Assembly: GCA_022837745.1 (NCBI GenBank)
Contig: JALHIW010000005.1
Span: forward strand, 16,458-80,457
Length of the DNA: 64,000 bases
Source: Methanomicrobiaceae archaeon
Lineage (GTDB): Archaea; Halobacteriota; Methanomicrobia; Methanomicrobiales; Methanoculleaceae
Direction: 5' to 3'
The notes under the pieces were generated by a model that was not told the DNA's origin, made no database searches, and saw nothing but the letters and a program-made list of their open reading frames with translations. Made by a program: the position numbers and the translations under genes. How positions within the stretch are numbered: the stretch's first letter is position 1; the number at the start of each line of letters is the position of its first letter. Shown here piece by piece: positions 50,242 through 59,161 of this stretch.

Positions 50242-51034
50242 ATGAAGATGAAATTGATTGGAAAGATATTTCCCGCTCTTACGTTAGCACTCATGTGCGG
50301 TGCTCTCGTTTCGCTTGTCGGGGCATGGGAGATAGACCCTATTAATGAACCGATTGCTGCGAATATCTCGGTCGATGATGGTATGCATCCTTTGTGGACG
50401 GGATACCCATACCCAGGTATTGGGGATGCTGACGTTCATAACGACTTGGCAAAGGTTGCAGGGCTAAAGATGGGACTTCCAGTTGAGTACTACAGTTGGC
50501 TGAGTAAACTGGCAGGACAACCAGATGATCCTAACTTCGATGACTATACGCTCCATCCGAGTGAAACGCACTATGGCTCACACTCTTCCTTTCATGAAGA
50601 ACGCCCCGGAGGTTGCAGAGTACTATGCGAATAAAGCAAGGGACTACATCAGAAATGGTGACCCTAACAACGGGTATATTCAGTTGGCGTATGCCATGCA
50701 TTTCATGTCGGATATGGGCTGCCCGTATCATTACACCTACGAAGGTCTAGCCAATCATCCAAAATATGAAGGATTTGTCGGGGACAATTGGCATACCGGG
50801 CATTATTTTTACAGAGATATCTTAGATGCCGATTATTATTACTCGATATCTGATGTAAGCGATGCTGCAAACAATCTCGCAAACGCTGCACATCAGTACC
50901 AGAGTTATTTTGATAGTCAGATCTGGCACAACTCAGACTGGAAAATCGATCCGAAACTCATTGAAGATACAAGGACTGTCCTTATATATACCGAAAGGTA
51001 CGATCGAGGCCTTGTCGATTATGTAAACAGATAG
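50242..51034 (+). pseudogene. Secreted Zn-dependent phospholipase C / S1-P1 nuclease family protein, frameshifted near 50580
   Basis: Signal peptide and W...H...D...HY in the first frame; AMHFMSDMGCPYH...HPKYE in the second frame. Confidence 0.75.
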
Positions 51035-51067
51035 ATATCTTCCCATTTTCTCCGGAAACTGATTGTC

Positions 51068-51958
51068 ATGACAAAACAACCCAGCCAAAGAACCCTTACC
51101 GCCCTCCTGGGCCTGGCCGTCTTCCTTACCATCTCGGTCCCGTGCAGTCTCCTCATCGTTCTCGGAACCGGGTGTCCTGGTGCCCTGGCAGCAGCGCTCA
51201 CCCTCCTCCTGGGAGGGATTCTCATGCTCCTGATCCTCCAGAGATACCGGAAGTACAGGTATCGGCCGGGCCCCGCTCTGCTCGCGGTCGTCATCGGGTG
51301 TGCCGGTGCGCTCCTGGCAGTCCTCGGCGTTCTTATCTTCGGCCTTGCCTGGGCTGATGTCAACCCAGCCACCTACACCTACCGGGTCACGGTCACCGGA
51401 CTCGATAACTATACCGGCGGTCCTGTCACCGACATCCTGGTTCCACTCCCGCTTCGTGAGGGAAAGATGATCTTCTCCGAAGAAGACCTTGAAGGGCAGC
51501 GCGTTGGCGCCTGGAAGACTCTCTTTGCAGAGACACCGAAGGGAAGGATGCTTGTCTTCCAGACCATGGAGCGCGATCTCTCGGATATCAGCGTGACCTT
51601 TGGGAGTCCGGTGGAGAAGTACTTCCTCATCGATGATATAACCAGAGAATCCTTCAGCCCGGTCGTCACCGAGGCACCGGCCGGGTATACCAGGTGGGCC
51701 TTTGGGACCGGGGATGTTCAGAACTTTACCACCCTGGTCAGGCTCGATGAGGGGATCAGGCCTAAGACTGCTGATGCCGGGCCGATCGTCATCCACCTCT
51801 GGATTACAGCAGGTGGCGGACGTCTCCATGGCATCACCGGGGAGAAGTACCAGGTTGAGGTTTATGAGGCGATTCCTCCCGGTGTCACCGGCTTTGTCCC
51901 GGTGAGGGCCCAGGTGGCCAGGTTCGGGGATGTGGGGATCGTACCGGTGAGAGAATGA
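51068..51958 (+). CDS. Membrane protein with three TM segments and an extracellular domain, paralog 1
   Basis: TDILVPLPLREG and GRMLVFQ motifs shared with the next gene. Confidence 0.75.
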   Translation: MTKQPSQRTLTALLGLAVFLTISVPCSLLIVLGTGCPGALAAALTLLLGGILMLLILQRYRKYRYRPGPALLAVVIGCAGALLAVLGVLIFGLAWADVNPATYTYRVTVTGLDNYTGGPVTDILVPLPLREGKMIFSEEDLEGQRVGAWKTLFAETPKGRMLVFQTMERDLSDISVTFGSPVEKYFLIDDITRESFSPVVTEAPAGYTRWAFGTGDVQNFTTLVRLDEGIRPKTADAGPIVIHLWITAGGGRLHGITGEKYQVEVYEAIPPGVTGFVPVRAQVARFGDVGIVPVRE

Positions 51959-52124
51959 GGTGAGATGTGTGCACTACAGCCAACCATCGCAGATTGGGGA
52001 GAGGGGGTGGGGAGAGTTCAACGCGCTGGAGGGAAACATTATGGGGCGCAACGCCGAGGTCTCAACCGGGAAAGCCACGTGAGCCCGGGACCTCCCGCTC
52101 AGCCTCGCACACCCTCATGATCCC

Positions 52125-52916
52125 ATGAAGACCCCTGAAACCCGTACCATTACCCTGCTCATCGCCATCCTCCTCCCGCTGGCCTACCTGACCTACTGGT
52201 TCCTCCGCATGAGTTCGCTCCCCCTCATCGCTGACGTAGTGCTCGCCGCTGGTGTCATCGCCGCCGTGGCCCTGGGAATCATTGCGCGTCGGAGGGGAGC
52301 GGCGGTCCGCTGGCTCACGGCCTCGTTCGTCGTCGGTCTCGTTCTCTGCGGCCTGATCTTCCTCGGCATGGGCATCTGGGCCGGGTGGTATGAGCACCGT
52401 CCCGGCCTTGTCGGTTACCAGGTCTGGGTAGACGGTCTTGAAGGCCGGACCGGAGGGCTCATAACAACGATCCTCGTCCCCCTCCCGGTGGAGGATGGCG
52501 AGGTGATCATGCCGGCGTCCGAGTTTGAGAACCGGACGTTCGATGGCTGGACAACGACCATCGTCGAGACAGAGGATGGAAAGATGCTTGCGTTCCAGAA
52601 CCGGAACAACACCCTGACCGACATCTGGGCTCACTTCACGCGCTACGAGGAGACCATAGAAGGGACAAGGCGCCTCCCGAAAGAGCACCTCTCACCGGTG
52701 ATCGAGAGGACCACGGACGACCACTACACAACGGTCATCTTCGTGGACGAGGGCATCAGCCCGCCCGGAGAACTGAGGGTCACCCTCAGGTTGACAGCGG
52801 GGTGCGACCTCTTCCACGGGATGGCGGAGGACACCTACCGGACAGAGGTGAAGGAAACTATTCCCGCCGGGACAGCGGGGCGGATCGTCGTCGATGCGAT
52901 GGTCGGGAAGTATTGA
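52125..52916 (+). CDS. Membrane protein, paralog 2
   Basis: TTILVPLPVEDG and GKMLAFQ motifs. Confidence 0.75.
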   Translation: MKTPETRTITLLIAILLPLAYLTYWFLRMSSLPLIADVVLAAGVIAAVALGIIARRRGAAVRWLTASFVVGLVLCGLIFLGMGIWAGWYEHRPGLVGYQVWVDGLEGRTGGLITTILVPLPVEDGEVIMPASEFENRTFDGWTTTIVETEDGKMLAFQNRNNTLTDIWAHFTRYEETIEGTRRLPKEHLSPVIERTTDDHYTTVIFVDEGISPPGELRVTLRLTAGCDLFHGMAEDTYRTEVKETIPAGTAGRIVVDAMVGKY

Positions 52917-53145
52917 TCACCCGGACCCTGGAGGGGGAGATTTCTGGATCGTGGAGGTGGCGTTGTTGAGCCTCTGGCGGGCACGGGCCACATAGATATA
53001 CCAGGTGACATCCGGTCAGAACCCCCGGTACACCCTGCCCACGGGGCCTCTTCGGGTCGCCTTCACCGGATCAGGGAGTAATCTCTCAACCTCCCGGGAC
53101 ATGGGCCGAGTTCACTCTGCCGCCGCTCTCGAAAAGTTAATCCGA

Positions 53146-53190
53146 TATTACAAGTATTATAGGTATTATAGGTATTACAAGTAATACAGA
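53146..53190 (+). repeat. Five tandem 9-bp units (TATTACAAG, TATTATAGG x2, TATTACAAG, TAATACAGA)
   Basis: Read directly; lies immediately upstream of the 47-aa ORF. Confidence 0.8.
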
Positions 53191-53217
53191 TACGGATACT
53201 ACAGGGAAGGGATCAAC

Positions 53218-53361
53218 ATGGTGTATGCGCCAGATAACCGGCACCAGAAGGAGAGGTCCAGGGAATCCATCCGCATGGGACTGACTCCGTTTGAGATGCG
53301 TGCACTCGAGGCTTCTATCAAGAAGAACCGGAAAGCGCTGGAACTCTTAAGCCAGCACTGA
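53218..53361 (+). CDS. 47-aa small protein, Doc-antitoxin-like C-terminal helix
   Basis: MVYAPDNRHQKERSRESIRMGLTPFEMRALEASIKKNRKALELLSQH; purine-rich RBS; below the ORF-track length cutoff. Confidence 0.5.
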   Translation: MVYAPDNRHQKERSRESIRMGLTPFEMRALEASIKKNRKALELLSQH

Positions 53362-53925
53362 AAAGAGATCTATCCTTTTTGTATTTGCGCGGATCCATTC
53401 TTCGACCTCGTCCAGGGTATACCTGCTGTTGCCGTCGTCGTCGAGGTCGGCCAGCGTGACCATGAACCGGTCCACCTCTTCTGCGTCTGCATCAAAAATG
53501 TACCCGTTTGCGCGCAGTATAAGTACGTCAGTGGCCGTATACGCAGTTCGCTTATTCCCCTGCCAGAACCCATGTCCGTTTGTGACGACCTCAAGGAACC
53601 AGGCGGCCTTCCTGTAGATGTTCTGCTGACATACCCAGTAATTATTCCAGAGATAGACCCAGGTCTCGACACAACCGGGATCCTTCAGCCCCTCCCATCC
53701 CCGGTCTTCAGGCCGGTCGTGTAACGCAATAAGGGTGTCGTGGATTGCGATAATCTTCTCTCCGGTGATGTCATTCACGAGCCAGCCGCACCGCGGACAC
53801 CACCAACCGATCGGGATCTCGGCCCTGTGGCCGTCTTCATCTGTATCGCGGATGAAGGCCCGGATCATCCTGACATCATCACAATAAGGGCTTGGACAGT
53901 CGGGGGCGAGACGCAGCATGCTCAT
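53347..53925 (-). CDS. Fic/Doc-family protein with N-terminal Zn-ribbon-like Cys pairs
   Basis: HGFWQGNKRTA Doc-type motif; CPSPYC...WCPRCG. Confidence 0.8.
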   Translation of the reverse strand: MSMLRLAPDCPSPYCDDVRMIRAFIRDTDEDGHRAEIPIGWWCPRCGWLVNDITGEKIIAIHDTLIALHDRPEDRGWEGLKDPGCVETWVYLWNNYWVCQQNIYRKAAWFLEVVTNGHGFWQGNKRTAYTATDVLILRANGYIFDADAEEVDRFMVTLADLDDDGNSRYTLDEVEEWIRANTKRIDLFSVLA

Positions 53926-53964
53926 CAGATCCTATTGAAAATGGCAACGCCCGGGTAGATGAAT

Positions 53965-54321
53965 TTAATCCCTGGTGGGCTTCGTGGACAAGAGTATCGG
54001 CTCGCCAGGAGAACCGATGGTCGCCCGGACCCTGAAGGGGGGAGACGGTGTCCCAGGCGATGTCAGAACCCCCGAGGGGCCGACCGCGACGACATGGATC
54101 ACCAGGAGGTCGTCGATGACCGAGAGGATTGTCCGGTAATCCCCGACCCTGAGCGAGTAGAACGCGGGGTTGTCCGGCCTCTTTAGTTTCCTGAGATGCT
54201 TCTTCGGGTCGGTCTCGCCAGCGAGCGATGCGAGTTCCTCACCAATCCGCACTGCTATGGGTCGTGGAATGCTCCTCGAGGTTGTGACGGGCCTCGCGGT
54301 GATGACCACGCGGTAGGTCAT
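53965..54321 (-). pseudogene. RelE/ParE-family toxin with aberrant C-terminus
   Basis: YSLRVGDYR...IHVVAVG followed by a non-homologous read-through tail. Confidence 0.7.
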
Positions 54322-54555
54322 TCCTCCTTCAGATCCGCCATGGCCTCATCCAGAGTGTAGACTCTCCCGGCCCTGAGATCCTCGAGCGACCGTTCGAGGT
54401 CCCTCCCGTATTGTCTCTTCACTGAGCGGCTCCTTGTTGACTGCCATAACCACCAGACGCTCGATTACCTCGCTGTACGACTCCCGGGGATGAATCTTCA
54501 GGGCGTTGAGTCGTCCCTTGAGTTCGGTGTCGATCTTGATGGTGGTGCTAGTCAT
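54318..54555 (-). pseudogene. Antitoxin, frameshifted near 54405
   Basis: TTIKID...LKIHPRESYSEVIERL; the other frame resumes DLERSLEDLRAGRVYTLDEAMADLKEE and its stop overlaps the relE ATG. Confidence 0.75.
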
Positions 54556-54746
54556 ACTGAGGTACACTTCGGTTTACCCAATGGAGGTTTGCATTGGCGG
54601 ATGCCGTGCGGTATCCTGCGGTGGTCCGGGTCGGTCATGGCGACAGTGCCCTGCCCCCACCACGTCCGCATCTACCCCGGATGCGATAAGCGACCGGTCA
54701 AATGATGCTGTTTGAAAATCTCCAGGATCGCTCTGGGTAGTTGTAT

Positions 54747-55411
54747 TCAGGAAAACATGCCCATGTCTAACCCCGACAGGACCTCGTGGCCCCGGGCGGG
54801 GAGGTCCCCTCCGGCGCCAGGGTGCCCGGTGACGGGGAGGTCTCCCATATACCGGTTGAGGAACTCCAGGGCACCAGTGGAGAGCCTGTAGCAGAAGGTT
54901 CTCTCCTCCCTATCGACGGTGACGATTCCTTCGTCCTCGAACTGCTGCATCTGCCAGGAGACCGTCGGGCCGGAGAGCCCGAGTCGTTCTGCGATCTCGT
55001 TTCGGGTTGCTCCCGGCAACCTGAGAAGGTGTGCCAGTATCGCCCCCGGGGTCTCGTCCCGGAGGCTGGCGATGATGCGCTTCTCGAGGGCGGTATGCCG
55101 CTGGTTCCGCGCAAAGTGCCGGAAGCGGTTCCGGTAGTCCACGGCAGCCACCTTGCCTTCCCTGATGAGCATATCGAGATGGTAGCGGAGCCGCCCTCGC
55201 GATGCGCCCGTCAACTTCAGGAGTTCACAGGTGCTGGCACCGGAGTGGATAGTGATCTGCCGCTAGAGGTCGCGCCTGAAGTCGTCGTTGAGGATGTTAT
55301 GGCGCGTCACCCACCGGAACCCGAGCGGCAGGAGGAGGCTGAGCGCGACGGCGGCGACGCCGATGAACGCAAAAACCCCACGAAAATCAGGCGTTTGTTC
55401 CCAGACTCCAT
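54747..55411 (-). pseudogene. Membrane-anchored wHTH regulator with a frameshift (55371-55379) and an in-frame TAG (55263-55265)
   Basis: GFRWVTRHNIL, RLRYHLDML and LSGPTVSWQM motifs; MESGNKRLIF start lies in another frame. Confidence 0.7.
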
Positions 55412-55443
55412 ACGATCACCACACCGGAGTATTCTGCGGGCTC

Positions 55444-56034
55444 CTAATCTATCGGAACGAGGGGCCCCGCGGGCACATCCTTTGAACTGTATATGACGTG
55501 CAACGGGGACGCCGACTGCTCGGCACGCGCACGGGGCTCGACCGGGATAATCCAGAACGTCTCGTTGCCGAAGACTATGCTCCCGACGAGGACGTTGTTC
55601 CCGATCGTCAGGAGGATATCGCTTTCGTCAACGCCGACGATCACCCCTTCGTAGGTGTTGATACCGTCATCGATCTGTTCGAAGTTCATCCCGTGCTGTT
55701 CGGCCCGGTACGCCATACCATGGATAGAAAGCGGGAATCCATCCCGGATCTCTCGCGAGAGGGCAGCGTGGTCGAACGCCACAACGTCGTACCGCTTGAT
55801 GCCCTTCGGGATCTGCAGTTCTTCCGGTGCCGGGATCCCGGCGGCCGCGAGATCGGAGAGCGACGCGGCGCCCGTGACGAGCACGGTCATGGTGTCGCCG
55901 ATGACCAGAGGCGGGGTGTTGTCACCCACGGCTGGAGATCCCGTCCCATCCTGAGCGCATGAAACCAGCGCGATCGCCACTACAACGATCAGGCATACCA
56001 GGAGGGCGATGCCTCCCACGTGAGATTGCTTCAT
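55444..56034 (-). CDS. Secreted/lipoprotein-like protein resembling a metallopeptidase pro-domain
   Basis: Hydrophobic N-terminus; YEGVIVG...LVGSIVFGNETFWIIPVE...HVIYSS; no HExxH. Confidence 0.6.
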   Translation of the reverse strand: MKQSHVGGIALLVCLIVVVAIALVSCAQDGTGSPAVGDNTPPLVIGDTMTVLVTGAASLSDLAAAGIPAPEELQIPKGIKRYDVVAFDHAALSREIRDGFPLSIHGMAYRAEQHGMNFEQIDDGINTYEGVIVGVDESDILLTIGNNVLVGSIVFGNETFWIIPVEPRARAEQSASPLHVIYSSKDVPAGPLVPID

Positions 56035-56269
56035 TCTTTTTCCTCTGGTGCATCTCCCGGGACAGGTGCACCCGGGTTTTCCACGTGGGAGAGGTCGACC
56101 TCCTCCTATAAGCGATCTCTGTGACACGCGTCTACATGTCGGGCCCCTCCGATCACTCCCAGACCAAAAACCTCCTGTACAAACCCCGGAACGGGAGGCG
56201 CGCCGAACGGCGGGAGTAACTCGTGCAGGGAACCGCCAGAAAAATCAGGAGAACGTGAGGAGAGGGGCG

Positions 56270-58648
56270 TTAGAGGTCGTGCACGGGCACGCATCTCCTC
56301 TCCGCATACGGCATGACCGGCCCGGCGAGGTCGAGCCCGAGCGTCTCACGCAGGACATCCTCGATGGTATCCGCGGTCACGAACGCAAGTTCGCGCCGCA
56401 CCTCCTCGGGCACGTCCTCAAGATCACGCTCGTTCTCCCGCGGCAGGATGACCGTCTTGATCCCGGCCCGGTGTGCCGCGAGGACCTTCTCCTTGATCCC
56501 GCCCACCGGCAGCACGGCGCCAGAGAGGGTCACCTCCCCTGTCATCGCGATCGTAGGATCGACCGCTCTGCCGGTGACGAGGGAGGCAAGCGCCGTAAAG
56601 ATGGTCACACCGGCCGATGGCCCGTCCTTCGGGGTCGCCCCCGAGGGCACGTGGATGTGGATGTCGCTTGAGAAGAAATCAAACCGGCTCGGCATGCCTG
56701 CCAGTCTAGAGCGGATCAGGCTGAGCGAGATCTGGGCAGACTCCTTCATCACGTCCCCGAGTTGACCCGTAAGTGTGAGTTTCCCCTTACCGGGCATGAA
56801 CGTCCCCTCAATAAAGAGGATGTCCCCGCCTACCGGTGTCCAGGCGAGCCCCGTCACGACGCCGGGCGGGTTTTCCTTCCTTGCTACATCCTGCCTGACG
56901 GTCTCTCTACCGAGTATCTCCGGGAGCATATCCGCCGTTACGACGATCGGAAGGTCGGCCGTCCCCGAGACGATCTTCGTGGAGACGAACCGCGCGATCC
57001 TGGCCAGTTGTTTCTTGAGACCACGCACACCTGCTTCGCGGGTGTAGCGGTCGATGATCGCCTCGATGGCGCCGTCATCGATCTGGAGTTGCTCCTCATC
57101 CAGGCCATGCTCCGCCAGCGTCTCCGGCAGGAGGTGATCTTTTGCAATCGCGAACTTCTCGTTCTTCGTGTAGCCCGAGATCTCGATCACCTCCATCCGG
57201 TCAAGGAGCGGCGCCGGTATGTTGGAGAGCGTGTTTGCCGTGGTGATGAAGAAGACATCCGAGAGATCGTAGGGGACCTCCAGGTAGTGGTCCGAGAACG
57301 TGCTGTTCTGCTCCGGGTCGAGGACCTCCAGGAGGGCGCTTGCCGGGTCCCCCAGGTACGAAGAACCGACCTTGTCGATCTCGTCAAGGACAAAGACAGG
57401 GTTCTTCGTTCCGGCCCTCCGGATCCCCTGGATGATCCGGCCGGGAAGCGCCCCGACATACGTCCGCCGGTGACCCCTGATCTCTGCCTCGTCCCTCACA
57501 CCGCCAAGACTGATCCTGACATACTTCCGGCCGAGAGCCTCCGCGATGCTCCGTCCGAGGCTTGTCTTGCCCGTGCCGGGCGGCCCCACCAGGAGGAGGA
57601 TCGAGCCCTGCTTCTCCTGTTTGAGCTTCATGACCGCCAGGTGCTGGACTATCCGCTCTTTGACCTTCTCGAGGCCGTTGTGGTTGCTGTCCAGGACGCG
57701 GCGAGCCTCCACGATATCGATCTCCTTCGTCTCCCCAACTGTCCAGGGCAGGTCGAGCAGGAGGTCGAGGTAGTTCCTTATCCCCTGGCTCTCGTGGTGC
57801 TGGCTCCCGCCCATCTCAAGTTTTTTGAGTTCGGAAAGTGCCTTCTTCCGCACCTCATCCGGCATCGCCGAGCGCTCGATCCGCTCCCGGTAGTCATCAT
57901 CGCCGGTGGAACCCTCGCCTTCGCTTAGTTCTTCCTGGATCACGCGAAGCTGCTCCCTGAGCAGCGCCTCGCGATTTGCCTTCCCCACCTTCTCGGTGGC
58001 CTTCCTTGCAACCTCGATCCGGAGGTTTAGACGCTCGTTAAAGTCCTCCAGTAAACTGAGGAACGCGTTGTAGCGCTCTTTTACAGATACGGTCTCAAGC
58101 AGCGACTGTTTCGTTGCAACGTCCACCGGCATGAAAGGCATGACGAAAGCCATGATCTGGTCGACGGACTCCATACCGTCAACGGGGCGGGTGAACTGCT
58201 CGGAGCCCTGGAAGTTGCTGCTGATCTCGTGGATGGCCGCCCTGACGTCGCGAAGCATCTCCTCCCGCCCCTCCTCATCGAGGTCGTCTATGTCCGGGAG
58301 AGGTTCGCAGGAAGCGTGATACACCCCTTCGATCTCCGAGAGTGCCACCGCCCGCACACGCGAGGTTGCATGCGCAAAGACTATGTAACCCTCGTCTGCA
58401 GGCTGCATGCGCATGATGGATAGGAGTGTCCCGACCGTGTAGAACGCGTCAACCGGATTCTCAACGGCCTCCGCATCGCTCTTTGCGGTAAGTCCAACCG
58501 CGGATGCCGAGCTTCCGCTCTTCGTTGCGGCGATCAGAGCTTCCCCGACGGTTTTCCCGACCAGGAACTTTGTCCGGGTCTCCGGGTAGACCACAACCTC
58601 GGAGAGCGGTATGACAATGTGTTCGTTGCTGGTGTCTTTTGAATACAT
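56270..58648 (-). CDS. lon: Bacterial-type (LonA) ATP-dependent protease La
   Basis: LON N-domain, [24 protein letters not shown] and GGIKEK motifs; no TM insert. Confidence 0.95.
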   Translation of the reverse strand: MYSKDTSNEHIVIPLSEVVVYPETRTKFLVGKTVGEALIAATKSGSSASAVGLTAKSDAEAVENPVDAFYTVGTLLSIMRMQPADEGYIVFAHATSRVRAVALSEIEGVYHASCEPLPDIDDLDEEGREEMLRDVRAAIHEISSNFQGSEQFTRPVDGMESVDQIMAFVMPFMPVDVATKQSLLETVSVKERYNAFLSLLEDFNERLNLRIEVARKATEKVGKANREALLREQLRVIQEELSEGEGSTGDDDYRERIERSAMPDEVRKKALSELKKLEMGGSQHHESQGIRNYLDLLLDLPWTVGETKEIDIVEARRVLDSNHNGLEKVKERIVQHLAVMKLKQEKQGSILLLVGPPGTGKTSLGRSIAEALGRKYVRISLGGVRDEAEIRGHRRTYVGALPGRIIQGIRRAGTKNPVFVLDEIDKVGSSYLGDPASALLEVLDPEQNSTFSDHYLEVPYDLSDVFFITTANTLSNIPAPLLDRMEVIEISGYTKNEKFAIAKDHLLPETLAEHGLDEEQLQIDDGAIEAIIDRYTREAGVRGLKKQLARIARFVSTKIVSGTADLPIVVTADMLPEILGRETVRQDVARKENPPGVVTGLAWTPVGGDILFIEGTFMPGKGKLTLTGQLGDVMKESAQISLSLIRSRLAGMPSRFDFFSSDIHIHVPSGATPKDGPSAGVTIFTALASLVTGRAVDPTIAMTGEVTLSGAVLPVGGIKEKVLAAHRAGIKTVILPRENERDLEDVPEEVRRELAFVTADTIEDVLRETLGLDLAGPVMPYAERRCVPVHDL

Positions 58649-58706
58649 GATGATTTTTTCCTGATTATCTGGTTCGGAATTACTTTGCACGAAGGTCGAC
58701 TCGAGA

Positions 58707-59126
58707 TCAGCCGACCTTGCGGAGGACCTCCACCAGGAGATCCACCTCCTTCTCATCGAGCGCCTGCACCATCCTCTCGACCATCCGCTGCAGCGCTTTT
58801 CGGTCAGCGTTTGCCAGCATCCGCCCCTTCTCGGTCAACCGGATGTAGGTTACTCTCCCGTCATCGGGGGATTTCTGACGGTAGGCGCACTCCATCCGGA
58901 CGAACCGATTAACCATCTCCGTCACGGTAGGCTTTGAGTTTCTGGTGATCTCGGCAAGCCTGCTGAACGTCACATCGCCGTGCCTGTCGATGACCTTCAA
59001 GTAGGAGATCTGTTTCGCCGTCACATCGCCAAGCCCGCACTCGGAGAGGATCTCACAGGAGCATTCGTCCCTGATGGCAAAGAGGCGTTCAAACACCTCG
59101 AACAGACGCTCACCTCTTGCCGACAT
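58707..59126 (-). CDS. MarR-family regulator
   Basis: KPTVTEMV...SPDDGRVTYIRLTEKG. Confidence 0.9.
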   Translation of the reverse strand: MSARGERLFEVFERLFAIRDECSCEILSECGLGDVTAKQISYLKVIDRHGDVTFSRLAEITRNSKPTVTEMVNRFVRMECAYRQKSPDDGRVTYIRLTEKGRMLANADRKALQRMVERMVQALDEKEVDLLVEVLRKVG

Positions 59127-59136
59127 ATCAGATGCT

Positions 59137-59161
59137 TAGTTAGTTTGGATAGACCTAACTA
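59137..59161. promoter_or_regulatory. Palindromic operator TAGTTAG-N11-CTAACTA at the marR-lon promoter
   Basis: Perfect 7-bp inverted repeat between the TATA-like box (59159-59165) and the marR ATG. Confidence 0.65.

Noticed and set aside
53146-53190. Repeat cluster as a mini-CRISPR
   Set aside because: 9-bp units with no spacers and no cas genes; no CRISPR array seen anywhere in the window
56095-56135. TGTCACA-7 nt-CTTATAG upstream of 55444..56034 as a fourth operator copy
   Set aside because: Spacing fits but only about 9/18 identity to the operator; too weak without a profile search
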